Positions 1 to 14,111 of a stretch of DNA of 64,000 bases are shown in pieces; positions within the stretch are counted from its first letter, which is position 1, and each line of letters starts with the position of its first letter. A model generated the notes under the pieces. The model worked only from the letters and a program-made list of their open reading frames with translations, had not been told where the DNA came from and searched no databases. This stretch comes from Eledone cirrhosa (taxonomy: Eukaryota): the NCBI GenBank assembly GCA_964016885.1, contig OZ024759.1:15934001-15998000 (forward strand). Reading direction: 5' to 3'. Made by a program: the position numbers and the translations under genes.

Positions 1-1020
1 TGAGTGTATATATATATATATGTATGTGTCTGAGTGTATGCATGTGTGTATGTGTCTGAGTATATATATATGTGTATGTGTCTGAGTGTATATATATGTA
101 TATGTGTCTGAGTGTATATATATGTGTATGTGTCTGAGTGTATATATATGTATATGTGTCTGAGTGTATATATTTGTGTATGTGTCTGAGTGTATATATA
201 TATGTACGTGTCTGAGTGTATATATATATGTATGTGTCTGAGTGTATGTATGTGTGTATGTGTCTGAGTGTATATATATGTGATGTGTCTGAATGTATAT
301 ATATGTGTATGTGTCTGAGTGTATATATGTGTGTATGTGTCTCAGTGTATATATATATATGTATGTGTCTGAGTGTATGTATGTGTGTATGTGTCTGAGT
401 GTATGTATGTGTGTATGTGTCTGATTGTATGTATATGTGTATGTGTCTGAGTGTATATATATGTGTATGTGTCTGAGTTTATGTATATGTATGTGTCTGA
501 GTGTATATATATATATGTATGTGTCTGAGTGTATGCATGTGTGTATGTGTCTGAGTGTATATATATGTGTATGTGTCTGAGTGTATATATATGTATATGT
601 GTCTGAGTGTATATATATGTGTATGTGTCTGAGTGTATATATATGTATATGTGTCTGAGTGTATATATTTGTGTATGTGTCTGAGTGTATATATATATGT
701 ACGTGTCTGAGTGTATATATATATGTATGTGTCTGAGTGTATGTATGTGTGTATGTGTCTGAGTGTATATATATGTGATGTGTCTGAATGTATATATATG
801 TGTATGTGTCTGAGTGTATATATGTGTGTATGTGTCTCAGTGTATATATATATATATGTATGTGTGTATGTGTCTGAGTGTACATATATGTGTATGTGTC
901 TGAGTGATTATATATATGTGTATGTGTCTAAGTGTATATATGTGTGTATGTGTCTCAGTGTATATATATATATGTATGTGTCTGAGTGTATGTATGTGTA
1001 TGTGTCTGAGTGTATGTATG
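1..1020. repeat. Minisatellite (GTGTCTGAGTGTATATAT... ~24-28 bp unit) with ~495-bp higher-order duplication
   Basis: The GTGTCTGAG anchor recurs throughout; the translations starting at 216 and 711 begin identically. Confidence 0.95.
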
Positions 1021-1267
1021 CTTTTATGTCATCGTCTTTTTTTCCTCCTGATTTCTCTTTGCCATTAATTTTTATTATTTACTTATATTTTTTAGTTTTT
1101 TTTAATACATTTTTTTATTTATTTGTTGTTGTTTTCTATTTATTTATTAAAGTTTGTTTTGTCATTTGTCATCGTTGGTTTAGGAATGCTCTGGTTACTG
1201 TAACACTTTACAGCCAACATAACAACACTAGCAACAGCAACAACAGCAACAACGACATTAAGATGTA

Positions 1268-1374
1268 CAGTAGTAGTAGTGGTGGTGGTGGTGGTGGTGG
1301 TGGTGGAGGTGGTGGTGGTGGTGGTAGTGGTGGTGGTGGTGTTGTTGTTGTTGGTGGTGGTGGTGGTGGTGGTG

Positions 1375-1447
<73 letters not shown>
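1268..1447. repeat. (GGT)n/(AGT)n microsatellite
   Basis: Directly visible. Confidence 0.95.
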
Positions 1448-1450
<3 letters not shown>

Positions 1451-1454
1451 AGAT

Positions 1455-1745
1455 GGTGATCTGGCATAGTCATTAGAACGTCGGATAAAATTCTTGGCAA
1501 TAGTTTCGACTCTCTCCTCTCTAAGGTCAAATCCCGCCGAGGTCAACTTTGCATTTCATCCATTCAAAGCCGAAAAAAAAAAAGATACCAGTGCAGTACT
1601 GGGGTCGTTTCTTCCTCTATATCTCTTTCTCACTTCCATTCTCTCACTCTCTATGTCCTTCCTTAGAAGAAATCTGCTGTATTCAAAGCTGGTGAGGAGA
1701 AGGGCTCAGCCAGGTGTGGGGGGGGGGGGGTTACCTAAGAAGCCT
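1455..1745 (+). mobile_element. Diverged tRNA-derived SINE (octopus OK-type, long-tailed variant)
   Basis: Contains TCAAATCCCGCCGAGGTCAACTTTGCATTTCATCC and AGTACTGGGGTCG; the tail is shared with copies near 18330, 25110 and 32120. Confidence 0.75.
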
Positions 1746-1874
1746 TATGGTCAATAATGATAATGGTACCCCTCCGGCTCCAACAGGAGGTGTGGGTCCT
1801 TCCCCTCCCACCTCCCCACCTCCCCCCAAAAAAACAAAAAAACTAGTAGTAGCATCAGCAGCGCATCAGCCGCA

Positions 1875-2748
1875 AGAAGAAGAAGAAGAAGAAGAAGAAG
1901 AAGAAGAAGAAGAAGAAGAAGAAGGCAAAGAAGAAGAAGAAGAAGAAGAAGAAGAAGAAGAAGAAGAAGAATGTGCAACAACAAGAAATTATAATGATGA
2001 TGAATGGTGGTGGTGATGATGATGGTGGTGGTGATGATGATGATGCTGATAATGATGACAATGATGATGATGATGATGATGATGATGTCGAAACCAAGTG
2101 TAATAATATTGTTTCTAATAGTTGAGATGAAAGTAATAATAAAAGTGACAAAAGAGTAAATTAGAACAACGGCGAGAATTATAATTTGAAATATAATTCC
2201 AATTATTATATTTAAAAAATTGGATTAAAAGAAATAGTTTTTCTTTTATCATTTATTGTAAAATTCAATTCATGCTTTTTATAAATAATTATTTATTATT
2301 TTTTTCTATTATTTATTTTGGTTTCAGTTGGTTTTTTTTTTTTGGGGGGGGGGGGCTGTTGGTATTTTTGTTGGTACTTTACTAATATTGGTGTTGCTGT
2401 TGTTTGTAATCGGTTTAGTTTAGTTTTGTAACAATTGGAGAGGTAGAGGAGGTGAGGAGAGAGAGAGTGAGATAGAGATGGTGAGGAGAGAGAGAGAGAG
2501 ATAGAGAGAGAGGGAGAGAAGGGGGTGGTGAGGAGAGAGATGTGGGAAGACAGAGTGGGAGGAGAGACAGGAAAGAGTAAGGGTGGGGGAGAGAAACAGG
2601 AAAGAGTGAGGGTGGGGAGAAAGACGGGAGAGAGATAGTGAGTCAGAGAGTGAGAGAGAGGAGGTGAAGAGAGAGAGAGCGAGAGAGAGAGAGAGAGAGA
2701 GAGACAGAGAAAGGCATGGAATCAGAGAGACACAGATAAAGATATATT

Positions 2749-2825
<77 letters not shown>

Positions 2826-3085
2826 GTAGAGAATCTGACAGAGAGAGAAAAAGACAGAGAGTCAGAAAAAGGCATGGGGCGGGAGAGAGAGAGAGAGAGA
2901 GAGAGACATAGAAAGACAGAAAAAGACATGGAGACGAAAAGAGAGAGATAAAGAGAGATAGAGTGACAGAAAAAGACATGGAGACGGAAAGAGAGAGATA
3001 AAGACAGATAGAGAGACAGAAAAAGGCTTAGAGACGGAGAGAGAGAGATAACGACAAAGAGAGAGAGACAGAAAAAAGCAAAGAA
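1875..3085. repeat. Low-complexity block: (GAA)n, (GAT)n, (GA)n
   Basis: Directly visible. Confidence 0.9.
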
Positions 3086-3285
3086 GAAGGGAGAAATGAC
3101 TTGATCAGGTTTAGAGTAAAAGAAATCTGTCATAACATGTGTGGATATTTTTGATTTAGTTTTTAATGTTTTCCTTCAGGTCTATTTTAGTGTTTGTTTG
3201 TAGTTGTTTTTGCTCTTTTTCTTTTTTGTTGAAATTAACGAATGGCGGATAAATCAGATTCAATCATCAGTTCACAGTTTTCTCA

Positions 3286-3348
<63 letters not shown>

Positions 3349-3534
3349 TAAATACACCAATTAATGGTAGGGTCTAAGCCATATGAAGAACTCAATGTAA
3401 TCCGTATGTAGATGTCGTGAAGCAGATTTTAAAATTCAAAATGTCAACGATATAATTCATTGGAAGCAGAGTCAAAATAATGCAAATAGTGAAAACAATG
3501 AAATTAAACAAAATACGGGTAATTCATAGTAAAA

Positions 3535-3675
3535 CTCATTATTTTACGATCGTTTCTGGGGGGTAGTTCTCCGTATGTTCATTCTATTAGTGATCTATGT
3601 AAAATATACTACAAATTATCAAAGTAAGAAAATATACAAACGTCTTCTCTACCCGCCCTCTTCAGAAATAATGAG
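3535..3675 (-). ncRNA. Type I hammerhead ribozyme motif (family A, minus copy)
   Basis: Minus strand: CTCATTATTT-CTGAAGA-long stem II-GAA-ACGATCGT-A-AAATAATGAG. Confidence 0.7.
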
Positions 3676-3714
3676 ATTTGTTTATTAAAGAATATAAAAA
3701 CATAATAAACAAAA

Positions 3715-3859
3715 CTCATTATTTCTGAAGACGGCGGGTAGTGAAGACGTATGTATATTTTCTTACTTTGATAATTTGTAATATATTTTACATAGATCAC
3801 TAATAGGATGAACATACGGAGAACTACCCCCCCCCCAGAAACGATCGTAAAATAATGAG
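3715..3859 (+). ncRNA. Type I hammerhead ribozyme motif (family A, plus copy)
   Basis: 10-bp stem I CTCATTATTT/AAATAATGAG; core CTGAAGA 3725-3731; GAAA 3838-3841; palindromic stem III ACGATCGT; GUA triplet. Confidence 0.75.
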
Positions 3860-3914
3860 TTTTACTATGAATTACCCGTATTTTGTTTAATTTCATTGTT
3901 TTCATTATTTGTAT

Positions 3915-3957
<43 letters not shown>

Positions 3958-3961
<4 letters not shown>

Positions 3962-4135
3962 GTTAAACAGAAATAACAACACAATCGGTACAGTATATGG
4001 AAGGAATATATTAGGTGAACGCTTGAAAAAGCAGGAAGAGGGTCTTGACGTTTCGGACGCTAGTCCTTCATCAAAAGAAAGAATGATAAATAAGATAGAT
4101 TGAAGGAACGGGTGTGCTGGAATTGGAAAAATATA
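3958..4135 (-). mobile_element. Penelope-like terminal fragment (family B) with minimal HHR at 4043-4078
   Basis: Minus strand TCTT-TTGATGA-A-GGAC TAGC GTCC-GAAACGTC-AAGA (C3>U); homologous to 29035-29205. Confidence 0.7.
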
Positions 4136-4147
4136 TCTCTATATATA

Positions 4148-4192
<45 letters not shown>

Positions 4193-4204
4193 ATATAAAT
4201 ATAT

Positions 4205-4360
4205 ATGATTCGCAATCGTGTGATGCGTTATGTCCTTGGGCAAGACACTTTATTTCACGTTGCTCCTTCTACCTGGAGTTGCGAACGATAGGGAGTATAA
4301 GCAACTGGAAAGACCAACGGAAACATTGTTTCCTCGGTCCGATTTGACGAAAATCGATCG
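4205..4360 (+). mobile_element. SINE fragment (GTCCTTGGGCAAGACAC type) fused to one copy of the 95-bp satellite module
   Basis: GGAAAGACCAACGGAAACATTGTTTCCTCGGTCCGA matches the array monomer; same arrangement as 26262-26460. Confidence 0.7.
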
Positions 4361-4380
4361 ACTGTGGATATATATGTACC

Positions 4381-4414
4381 TCTCTCTCTCTCTGTATATA
4401 TAAAATATATATAT

Positions 4415-4466
<52 letters not shown>

Positions 4467-4500
4467 ATATAATATCTCTCTTTCTTTCTCTCTATATATA

Positions 4501-4571
<71 letters not shown>

Positions 4572-4660
4572 ATCTGTATATATATAATATATATATTTAT
4601 CTCTCTCTCTCTCTGTATATATATAATATCTCTCTTTCTTTCTCTCTCTATATATCTGTA

Positions 4661-4722
<62 letters not shown>

Positions 4723-4870
4723 ATATATAATATCTCTCTTTCTTTCTCTCTCTATATATCTGTCTTTTTCTCTATCTCTCTCTCTCTCTCAGTATATATA
4801 TAATATATATATTTATCTCTCTCTCTGTATATATATAATATCTCTCTTTCTTTCTCTCTCTATATATCTG

Positions 4871-4926
<56 letters not shown>

Positions 4927-5007
4927 ATATATATAATATATATATTTATCTCTCTCTCTCTCTGTATATATATAATATCTCTCTTTCTTTCTCTCTCTAT
5001 ATATCTG

Positions 5008-5081
<74 letters not shown>

Positions 5082-5166
5082 CAGTATATATATAATATAT
5101 ATATTTATCTCTCTCTCTCTCTGTATATATATAATATCTCTCTTTCTTTCTCTCTCTATATATCTG

Positions 5167-5222
<56 letters not shown>

Positions 5223-5445
5223 CAGTATATATATAATATATATATTTATCTCTCTCTCTCTCTGTATATATATAATATCTCTCTTTCTTTCTCTCTCTAT
5301 ATATCTGTCTTCTCTCTCTCTCTCTCTCTCTCTCACTCTCTCTCTCTCTCTCTCAGTATATATATAATATATATATTTATCTCTCTCTCTCTCTCTGTAT
5401 ATATATAATATCTCTCTTTCTTTCTCTCTCTATATATCTGTCTTT

Positions 5446-5511
<66 letters not shown>

Positions 5512-5520
5512 CTCACTCTC
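4381..5520. repeat. Compound (CT)n/(TA)n minisatellite with a ~130-150 bp higher-order unit
   Basis: The block CAGTATATATATAATATATATATTTATC(TC)nTGTATATATATAATATCTCTCTTTCTTTC repeats about 7-8 times. Confidence 0.9.
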
Positions 5521-5674
5521 GCTGTAGCACTCACATTCTGGATTGTTGATCCGTTGGATTAAAGGTTGCGTGTCGTGAATTTTTTTCTGTGACTGCTCGT
5601 GTCTATTGGGGTCCCCATAAATTTAACGAAAGCACGGCCCATGTTAATAAGTCCTCGATTACAAATGCCACTGA

Positions 5675-6713
5675 GGATAAAATAAAGTACCAGTAATACA
5701 CTGGTCAATTTAATCGACTTTCTCCACCCCAAAATTACTGGCCTTGTACCTAAATCAGAAATCATTATTATCATTATTATTATTATTAACTTTGCCTTTC
5801 ATCCTTACGGGGATCGATAAAATAAAGTACCTGTAATGCACTGGGGTAATTGCTGGCCTTGTGCCAAAAGTAAAAACAATTATTATTATTGTTGTTATTA
5901 GGGCGGTGGATTGACAGTGTCGGTTGAGAGTCGGACATCATGCTTTGCAGCATAGAGTTATGGCCCTTTACGGTCTGAGTTCAAATCCCGCCGAGGTTAA
6001 CTTTGCCTTTCATCCTTACGGGGATCGATAAAATAAAGTACCTGTAATGCACTGGGGTAATTGCTGGCCTTGTGCCAAAAGTAAAAACAATTATTATTAT
6101 TGTTGTTATTAGGGCGGTGGATTGACAGTGTCGGTTGAGAGTCGGACATCATGCTTTGCAGCATAGAGTTATGGCCCTTTACGGTCTGAGTTCAAATCCC
6201 GCCGAGGTTAACTTTGCCTTTCATCCTTACGGGGATCGATAAAATAAAGTACCTGTAATGTACTGGGGTAATTGCTGGCCTTGTGCCAAAAGTAGAAACA
6301 ATTATTATTCTTATTATGGTAGATTGGCTGTGTCGGTAGAGTGTGAGACGCCATGCTTTGCAGCATAGAGTTATGGCCCTTTACGGTCTGAGTTCAAATC
6401 CCGCCGAGGTTAACTTTGCCTTTCATCCTTGCGGGAATCGATAAAATAAAGTACCTGTAATGTACTGGGGTAATTGCTGGCCTTGTGCCAAAAGTAGAAA
6501 CAATTATTATTATTATTGTGGTAGATTGGCAATGTCGGTAGAGTATGAGACGCCATGCTTTGCGGCATAGAGTTATGGCCCTTTACGGTTTGAGTTCAAA
6601 TCTCCCCGAGGTTAAATTTGCCTTTCATCCTTACGGGGATCGATAAAATAAAGTACCTGTAATGTACTGGGGTAATTGCTGGCCTTGTGCCAAAAGTAGA
6701 AGCAATTATTATT
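5675..6713 (+). mobile_element. Head-to-tail tandem array of OK-type SINEs (4 full copies, ~205-211 bp period, plus partials)
   Basis: Heads at ~5901, 6112, 6318 and 6520; each has the B-box-like GAGTTCAAATCC and an (ATT)n tail. Confidence 0.9.
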
Positions 6714-6854
6714 ACGAATGTGTGCATGTTTAATGTCATTGGAGATCTGAGTCTTGAGATTTATTGACAACAAACTGTCAAAGATTTCATCGAGAATTAT
6801 TGCTCTGCCATTTCGTATATCTCCCTCCGCAGTATACTTCAATAGACTCTTGTA

Positions 6855-7795
6855 TGGTGGTGGTGGTGGTGGCGGTGGTGGTTGTGGTGGTGATGGTGGG
6901 GGGTGATGAAGGTGGTGCTGGTGGTGATGAAAATGGAGGTGCTGCTGCTGGTGGTGGTGATGATGCTAGTGGTAGTGTGGGGCGTTCTGGTACTGATGGT
7001 GCTGGTGGTGGTGGTGGTGGTGGTGTAGCTGATAATGATGATGGTGGCGGTGGTGGTTATGGTGGTGATGGAGGGGGGGATGAAAATGGAGGTGCTGCTG
7101 CTGGTGGTGGTGATGATGCTAGTGGTAGTGTGGGGCGTTCTGGTACTGATGGTGCTGGTGGTGGTGGTGGTGGTGGTGGTGTAGCTGATAATGATGATGG
7201 TGGCGGTGGTGGTTGTGGTGGTGATGGAGGGGGGGAGGGGGGAGGGGGGGGGGGGGGGTGATGAAAATGGAGGTGCTGCTGCTGGTGGTGGTGATGATGC
7301 TAGTGGTAGTGTGGGGCGTTCTGGTACTGATGGTGCTGGTGGTGGTGGTGGTGGTGGTGGTAGGGTGGTGGTGGTGGTGGTGTAGCTGATAATGATGATG
7401 GTGGTGCTGGTGGTGCATGTGGTGGTGGTGGTATAGGTGGTGGTAGTGGTGGTAGAGTGGTTGTGGTGATGTTGCTGATGGTGAGAATGGTGATGCTGCT
7501 GGTGGCATAGGCGGTGGTAGTGGTGGTATAGGTGGTGGTAGTGGTGGTATAGGTGGTGGTAGTGGTGGTAGAGTGGTTGTGGTGATGTTTCTCGTGGCAT
7601 ATGTGGTGGTAGTCGTGGTATAGGTGGTGTTAGTGGTGGTAGAGTGGTTGGGGTGATGTTGCTGATGTTGAGAATGGTAGTAATGGTGGTAATGGTGGTA
7701 TAAGTGGTGGTAGTAGTGGTAGAGTGGTTGGGGTGATGTTGCTCGTGGTGAGAATGGTAGTAATGGTGGTAATGGTGGTATAAGTGGTGGTGGTG
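6855..7795. repeat. GGT-rich low-complexity region containing three copies of a ~150-bp unit
   Basis: GATGAAAATGGAGGTGCTGCTGCTGG...GGGGCGTTCTGGTACTG at ~6926, 7079 and 7260. Confidence 0.9.
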
Positions 7796-8548
7796 TTCTT
7801 TACCACTGCTCATATACTTTCATCTCCAAAAGTGTTCACATTTCTCCAGTCAAGACCAAAAAGATATAAATATATATATATATATTTTTCCATATTTTTT
7901 TCTCCTTCTTTCACTTCAAATAATCTGTATATCATCATATGATATACAGGAATCTAAACATACGCCTGTTGTTATCAGATATATTTATATCAGAGTGTTC
8001 TATGTCTATCTAGTATGTGGTCAGATTCTACAGGGACATCCTACTGTTGTTTTATATTATTTATTTTCAATCACAGTTTCAAGCTAATATAGTTACCTTT
8101 ATTTTATCGGATTTTTCACGTCGGTGTGTATGTGTGTGAAACACAGAGAGAGAGAGACTGAGTGTGTGGGGGGTGTATGTGTGTGTTTGGTTTGTTTTTG
8201 TTGGGTTTTTTTGGCATCTATTTTGAATCCCAAACTGTCCAATAACTTCTTACCAAGTTCATTTTCTCCTCTACTATTGCTTTTTTTTTCTCTTTTATAT
8301 TCTCTTTGTATCACACAGACACACACACACAAATATATACACACAGACACACAGACATACACAAATGTAGACACAAATATAGACACATACATACACACAC
8401 ACATAAATATAGAGACACACACAAATACATATACATAGATACACACACACACCACACACATCCACGCATCCACACACGCACACGCCCACACACACACACA
8501 CACACATCCACGCATCCACACACACACACATCCACACACACACACATC

Positions 8549-8624
<76 letters not shown>

Positions 8625-8786
8625 TATGTACATAGACACACCCAAACACCCCCACGTACCCACACACACACATGTACACTAGTTAAGCAGACTACAACAG
8701 AATGGCTTGTTAGAAAAAAAATAACCAAATATTCTTCGAAACCAAACACCGTCAGTCAAAATATAAAAAAAGGACACATTACTTAC

Positions 8787-8868
8787 GAGAGTTCAGAGTA
8801 GATTATTTGTGATGGTGTGAAAATAACTGGAACGTCTTTGATCACAGCATGACTACAAAATGGCCGAC
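8787..8868 (-). CDS. Candidate isolated exon (82 bp), gene unknown
   Basis: Minus-strand acceptor TTTGATTACAG and donor GTAAGT; one open frame (RPFCSHAVIKDVPVIFTPSQIIYSEL) in unique sequence. Confidence 0.35.
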
Positions 8869-9079
8869 CTGTAATCAAATAACGACTAAGATAAACTCTA
8901 TACTTTACAGTTGCATTTAGTTAAATTTGCCGCACATACGGTACAAACTGCTCTCTCCCCTCTACTTTCAATTTAGAAACTTTCATGAGCATATTTCTAA
9001 TGAAATATGAAATACAATCATTTCCATTGATCAACCATAATAATAGGTCACGTATATCGCTTTATTTATGTACACAGAC

Positions 9080-9105
9080 GCAGACACACACACACATGTA
9101 CGTAC

Positions 9106-9191
<86 letters not shown>

Positions 9192-9332
9192 ATGTGTGTG
9201 TGTAATTAAGACTGCCAACTGTCTAAACATAACGGAAACAAATATACACCAAACTAAAGTTATCCTCAAATACAAATGTAAAAAAACAGCCGATCCCGCG
9301 CACACACACACATACATACATACATACAGACA

Positions 9333-9416
<84 letters not shown>

Positions 9417-9699
9417 AATATATATATACATATATATGCACATATATATATATACATATATATATATATGCATATATATATGCATATATATGCATATATA
9501 CATATATACATATATACATATATATGCATATATATATACATATATATATATATATGCAGATAGATATACATATACATATACATGCATATATATATACATA
9601 TATAAATATGCATATATATATACATATATATATATAAATATATATATGTATATATAAATATATATATATATATGCATATATATATACATTTATATGCAC

Positions 9700-9756
<57 letters not shown>

Positions 9757-9801
9757 TATATATATATGCATATATATATATACATTTATATGCACATATA
9801 C

Positions 9802-9896
<95 letters not shown>

Positions 9897-10186
9897 GATA
9901 TATATATATACATCCATATATGTGTGTGTGTGTGTGTGTGTGCATATATATATATATATATACATATGTGTGTGTGTGTGTGTGTGCATATATATATATA
10001 TATATGCAATATACTGTATTATCGTCGCCTCTGCCTCTCTCTCTTAAACATATTCCCATATAATATATGTGCTCCTTACCACCTCAACCAATCACCATCT
10101 CATTCATTGTGCCAAATATACAGGCGTTCCTCTATCAATTGCTGATGCTGAGCTGTTGTTTTAAGAAACAGCATATCAACACTACC

Positions 10187-10217
<31 letters not shown>

Positions 10218-11322
10218 GCAACAACAACAGTACCAATATCGCCAAGAGCAACAGTAACAAAAACAACCACAACAGCAATAACTAGAATATCAATAACAAA
10301 AGCAGAACCGCCAAAATCAACACAGCCATTCCCAACAGCAGCACCAATAACACCACCAACACCGTCGACAGCAATAACAACAATAACAACAGCACCAGTA
10401 GTAATAACTGTGCTACAGCAGCAAAAACAGTAGCATGAGCAGTAACAACACAATCAGCAACAGCAGTACCAACAGCAACTACAACACCAACAACAGTAGC
10501 AACAGTAGTAACAACAACAACAGCAGTGACAACTACAACTGCAACTGCAGCAGCAAAAGCAACAGTAACAACAACAGTGACAACAACAACAATGACAACA
10601 ACAACAGTAACAACAACAACAACAACAGTAACAACAACAGTGACAACAACTACTACAACTACAGTAACAACTGCAACAGCAACAGTAACAACAACAACGA
10701 CAACAACATTAGCAACAACAACAACAACAGTAACAACAACTACATCAACAACAAGAGTAAACAACCACCGACCACAACAACAGTAACAACAACGGTAACA
10801 GTAACAACAACAGTAACAACAACAGTAACAACAACAACAACAACAACAGTAACAAAACACTAACAACAACAACAGTAACAGCAACAACAACAACAACAGC
10901 AACAGTAACAACAACAACAACAGTAAAAGCAACAACAACAACAACAGCAACAGCAACAGTAACAACAACAACAATGTTTTGGGCGAAATGCCAATCTAAA
11001 AAGACATTGATTTCTGATTTCAGCTGCCAGAAAAAAGTTTTCTTTATAGATTAATGCTCAGATTTGTTTTTGCCAAGGGCCATGTGTGCGTATAGATGTG
11101 TGTGTGTATATATGTGTGTGTGTATATATGTGTGTGTGTATGTGTATATGTGTGTGTACATGTGTGTGTGTATATGTGTGTGTATATGTATATGTGTGTG
11201 CGTATATATGTGTCTGTGTATGTATGTGTGTGCGTATATATGTGTGTGTGTATATATGTGTGTACGTATATATATGTCTGTGTATATGTGTATATGTGTA
11301 TATGTGTGTATATGTGCGTATA

Positions 11323-11355
<33 letters not shown>

Positions 11356-11554
11356 GTGTGCGTATATATGTGTATGTATATATGTGTGCGTATATGTGAG
11401 TGTATACATGTGTGTGTATATATGTGTGTATGTGTGTGTTGTATGTGTATGTGTGTATATATATATATGTGTGTGTATGTAAGTGAGTGTATGTGTTGTA
11501 TGTTCGTGTTTCTGTATATATACATATATATGTGTGTGTGTATGTGCCTGTGTA

Positions 11555-11619
<65 letters not shown>

Positions 11620-11628
11620 GTGTGTGTG

Positions 11629-11660
<32 letters not shown>

Positions 11661-11847
11661 CATGTTGTATGTACGTCTGTGTGCATGTATACATATATAT
11701 ATGTGTGTGTGTGTATGTCGTATGTATGTTGTATGTGTGTTGTATGAGTGGTGTGTGCGCGTATGTGGTGTGTGTGCGCGGTGTATTTGTGGTGTATGGG
11801 TGTGTGTGTTGTACGTGGTGTGTGTGTGTGTGTGCGTTGTATGTTGT

Positions 11848-11887
<40 letters not shown>

Positions 11888-13029
11888 ACGAGGAAAGGAA
11901 AAATGTAGGGTTGTGTTTGAGTTGCACCTTCCGAACAAAAGAATATGTTAATGATGATGATGTTGATAATGGTGATGATGATTGCGATGATAATGATGAT
12001 TATGATGATGATGGTGGTGATGTTGGTAATAGTGATGATGATGATAGTGATGATGTTAAGGGAGATAATGTTGACGATGATGTTTGAGATATGGTGCTTA
12101 TGACAATTAGGTTGCTAGTACTGCTTCTGCTGATGATGATGATGATAATAATGATGTTGATGATGGTTATGATGTTGATGATGGTTATGATGTTGATGAT
12201 GGTTATGGTGTTGATGATGGTTATGGTGTTGATGATGGTTATGATGTTGATGTTTAAGATGTATGCCGTTGGTATTACAGAATATCGCTAGTTCAATAAA
12301 TCGTGGCCAAAATCACCAACACCTCCACCACCTCCACCACCAACACCTCCACCACCTCCACTACCACCATCATTACCACTACCACCTCCACCACCACCAC
12401 CACTAACACCACCACCACCAACACCTCCCCAATCTCTACTACCAACACCTCCACCACCTCCACTACCACCACCACAACCACCATCATTACCACTACCACC
12501 TCCACCACCACCACCACCTCCACCACCTCCACCACCAACACCTCCACCATCTCTACTACCACCACCACAACCATCATCATTACCACTACCACCTCCACCA
12601 CCTCTACCACCTCCACCACCAACACCTCCACCATCTCTACTACGACCACCACAACCATCATCATTACCACTACCACCTCCACCACCACCACCACCACCTC
12701 CACCACCTCCACCACCTCCACCACCAACACCTCCACCATCTCTACTACCACCACCACAACCATCATCATTACCACTACCACCTCCACCACCACCACCACC
12801 TCCACCACCTCCACCTCCACCATCTCCACTACCACCACCACAACCATCATCATTACCACTACCACCTCCACCACCACCACCACCACCTCCACCATCTCCA
12901 CTACCACCACCACAACCATCATCATTACCACCACCACCTCCACCACCACCACCACCTCCATCACCACCATTATTATAATAATCTCCTTTCTTATCGTCAT
13001 TATAACCAGCATCATCATCACCATCAACA

Positions 13030-13060
<31 letters not shown>

Positions 13061-13284
13061 CATAACCATCACCCGCATTATCTACATTGTCGCATCTCCT
13101 CCTCCACACCACCACCACCACAACCACCAACACCATCACCACCGTCATCACCACCACCTCCTCCACCTTCACCAACACCAACATCAACAACACCAGCACC
13201 ACCACCGCCACAACCACCACCACCAGCACCACCACCACCAGCACCACCACCAGCACCTCCAACAACAACACCACCACCTCCATC

Positions 13285-13316
<32 letters not shown>

Positions 13317-13455
13317 CACCACCAACAACACCGTCGTCACAACCACCACCACCACAACAACACCACCACCAGCACCTCCACTACCAACAACAACACCACC
13401 ACCAACAACACCACCACCACCACCACCACCACCACCACAACCACCACCACCCCAC
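9080..13455. repeat. Microsatellite-dominated block: (TA)n/(CA)n, (CAA/CAG)n, (TG/TA)n, (GAT)n, (CCA)n with short higher-order units
   Basis: Directly visible; accounts for the long low-complexity ORFs here. Confidence 0.9.
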
Positions 13456-14003
13456 CGTACATCTTTTATGAAAATCACTTAAGATATTATTGACTGAGGG
13501 TGGGGGGGGGGGGGGGGGGGGTCATCGGAATTAAAAGCTGAAAAGAAGAGCACTATAATCGGTCTTTCGCTGCGAACAGTTAGTATTGTCCCTCTCGTTG
13601 AGATCTCGCGTGGAATAGAAATACAGATAATCTAGAGAACAGATATTATAAATAAATTAATAAAGGAATAAATATATAAATAAATATGTAAATAAATAAA
13701 TATATAAATAAATATATAAATAAATATATAAATAAATAAATAATTGGATAAATAAAACAAATGAAATAAGTAAATAAAATTTAAAAATAGATAAATAGAT
13801 GGACAGATAGATATAAATGGATAGATAGATAGAAATATATATATATATATATATATAAATTAATAAATCCAATGAAATAAAAACAAAGATCATATATTGA
13901 AAAATTCATCATTTTACAATCGTTTCTGGGATATATATGTGTGTTGGTATGTATATCATGTTAAAGATCTATGTAACAAAAATATTACAAATTATCAGAG
14001 GAG

Positions 14004-14111
<108 letters not shown>

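Larger units (their letters stand above)
3489..3904. mobile_element. Inverted repeat (~200-bp arms) carrying divergent HHR motifs; probable Penelope-like element terminus (family A)
   Basis: 3489-3686 is the near-perfect reverse complement of 3703-3904; (TA)n/(TG)n lie on either side; a partial relative occurs at ~13900-13998. Confidence 0.75.

Noticed and set aside
6714-6850. Protein-like minus-strand frame (KYTAEGDIRNGRAIILDEIFDSLL...)
   Set aside because: No splice sites or recognisable motif, and it is bounded by a SINE and a microsatellite.
7804-10152. Additional minus-strand exons ending at donors near 7803 and 10079
   Set aside because: Stops occur in all frames; not supportable without transcript data.
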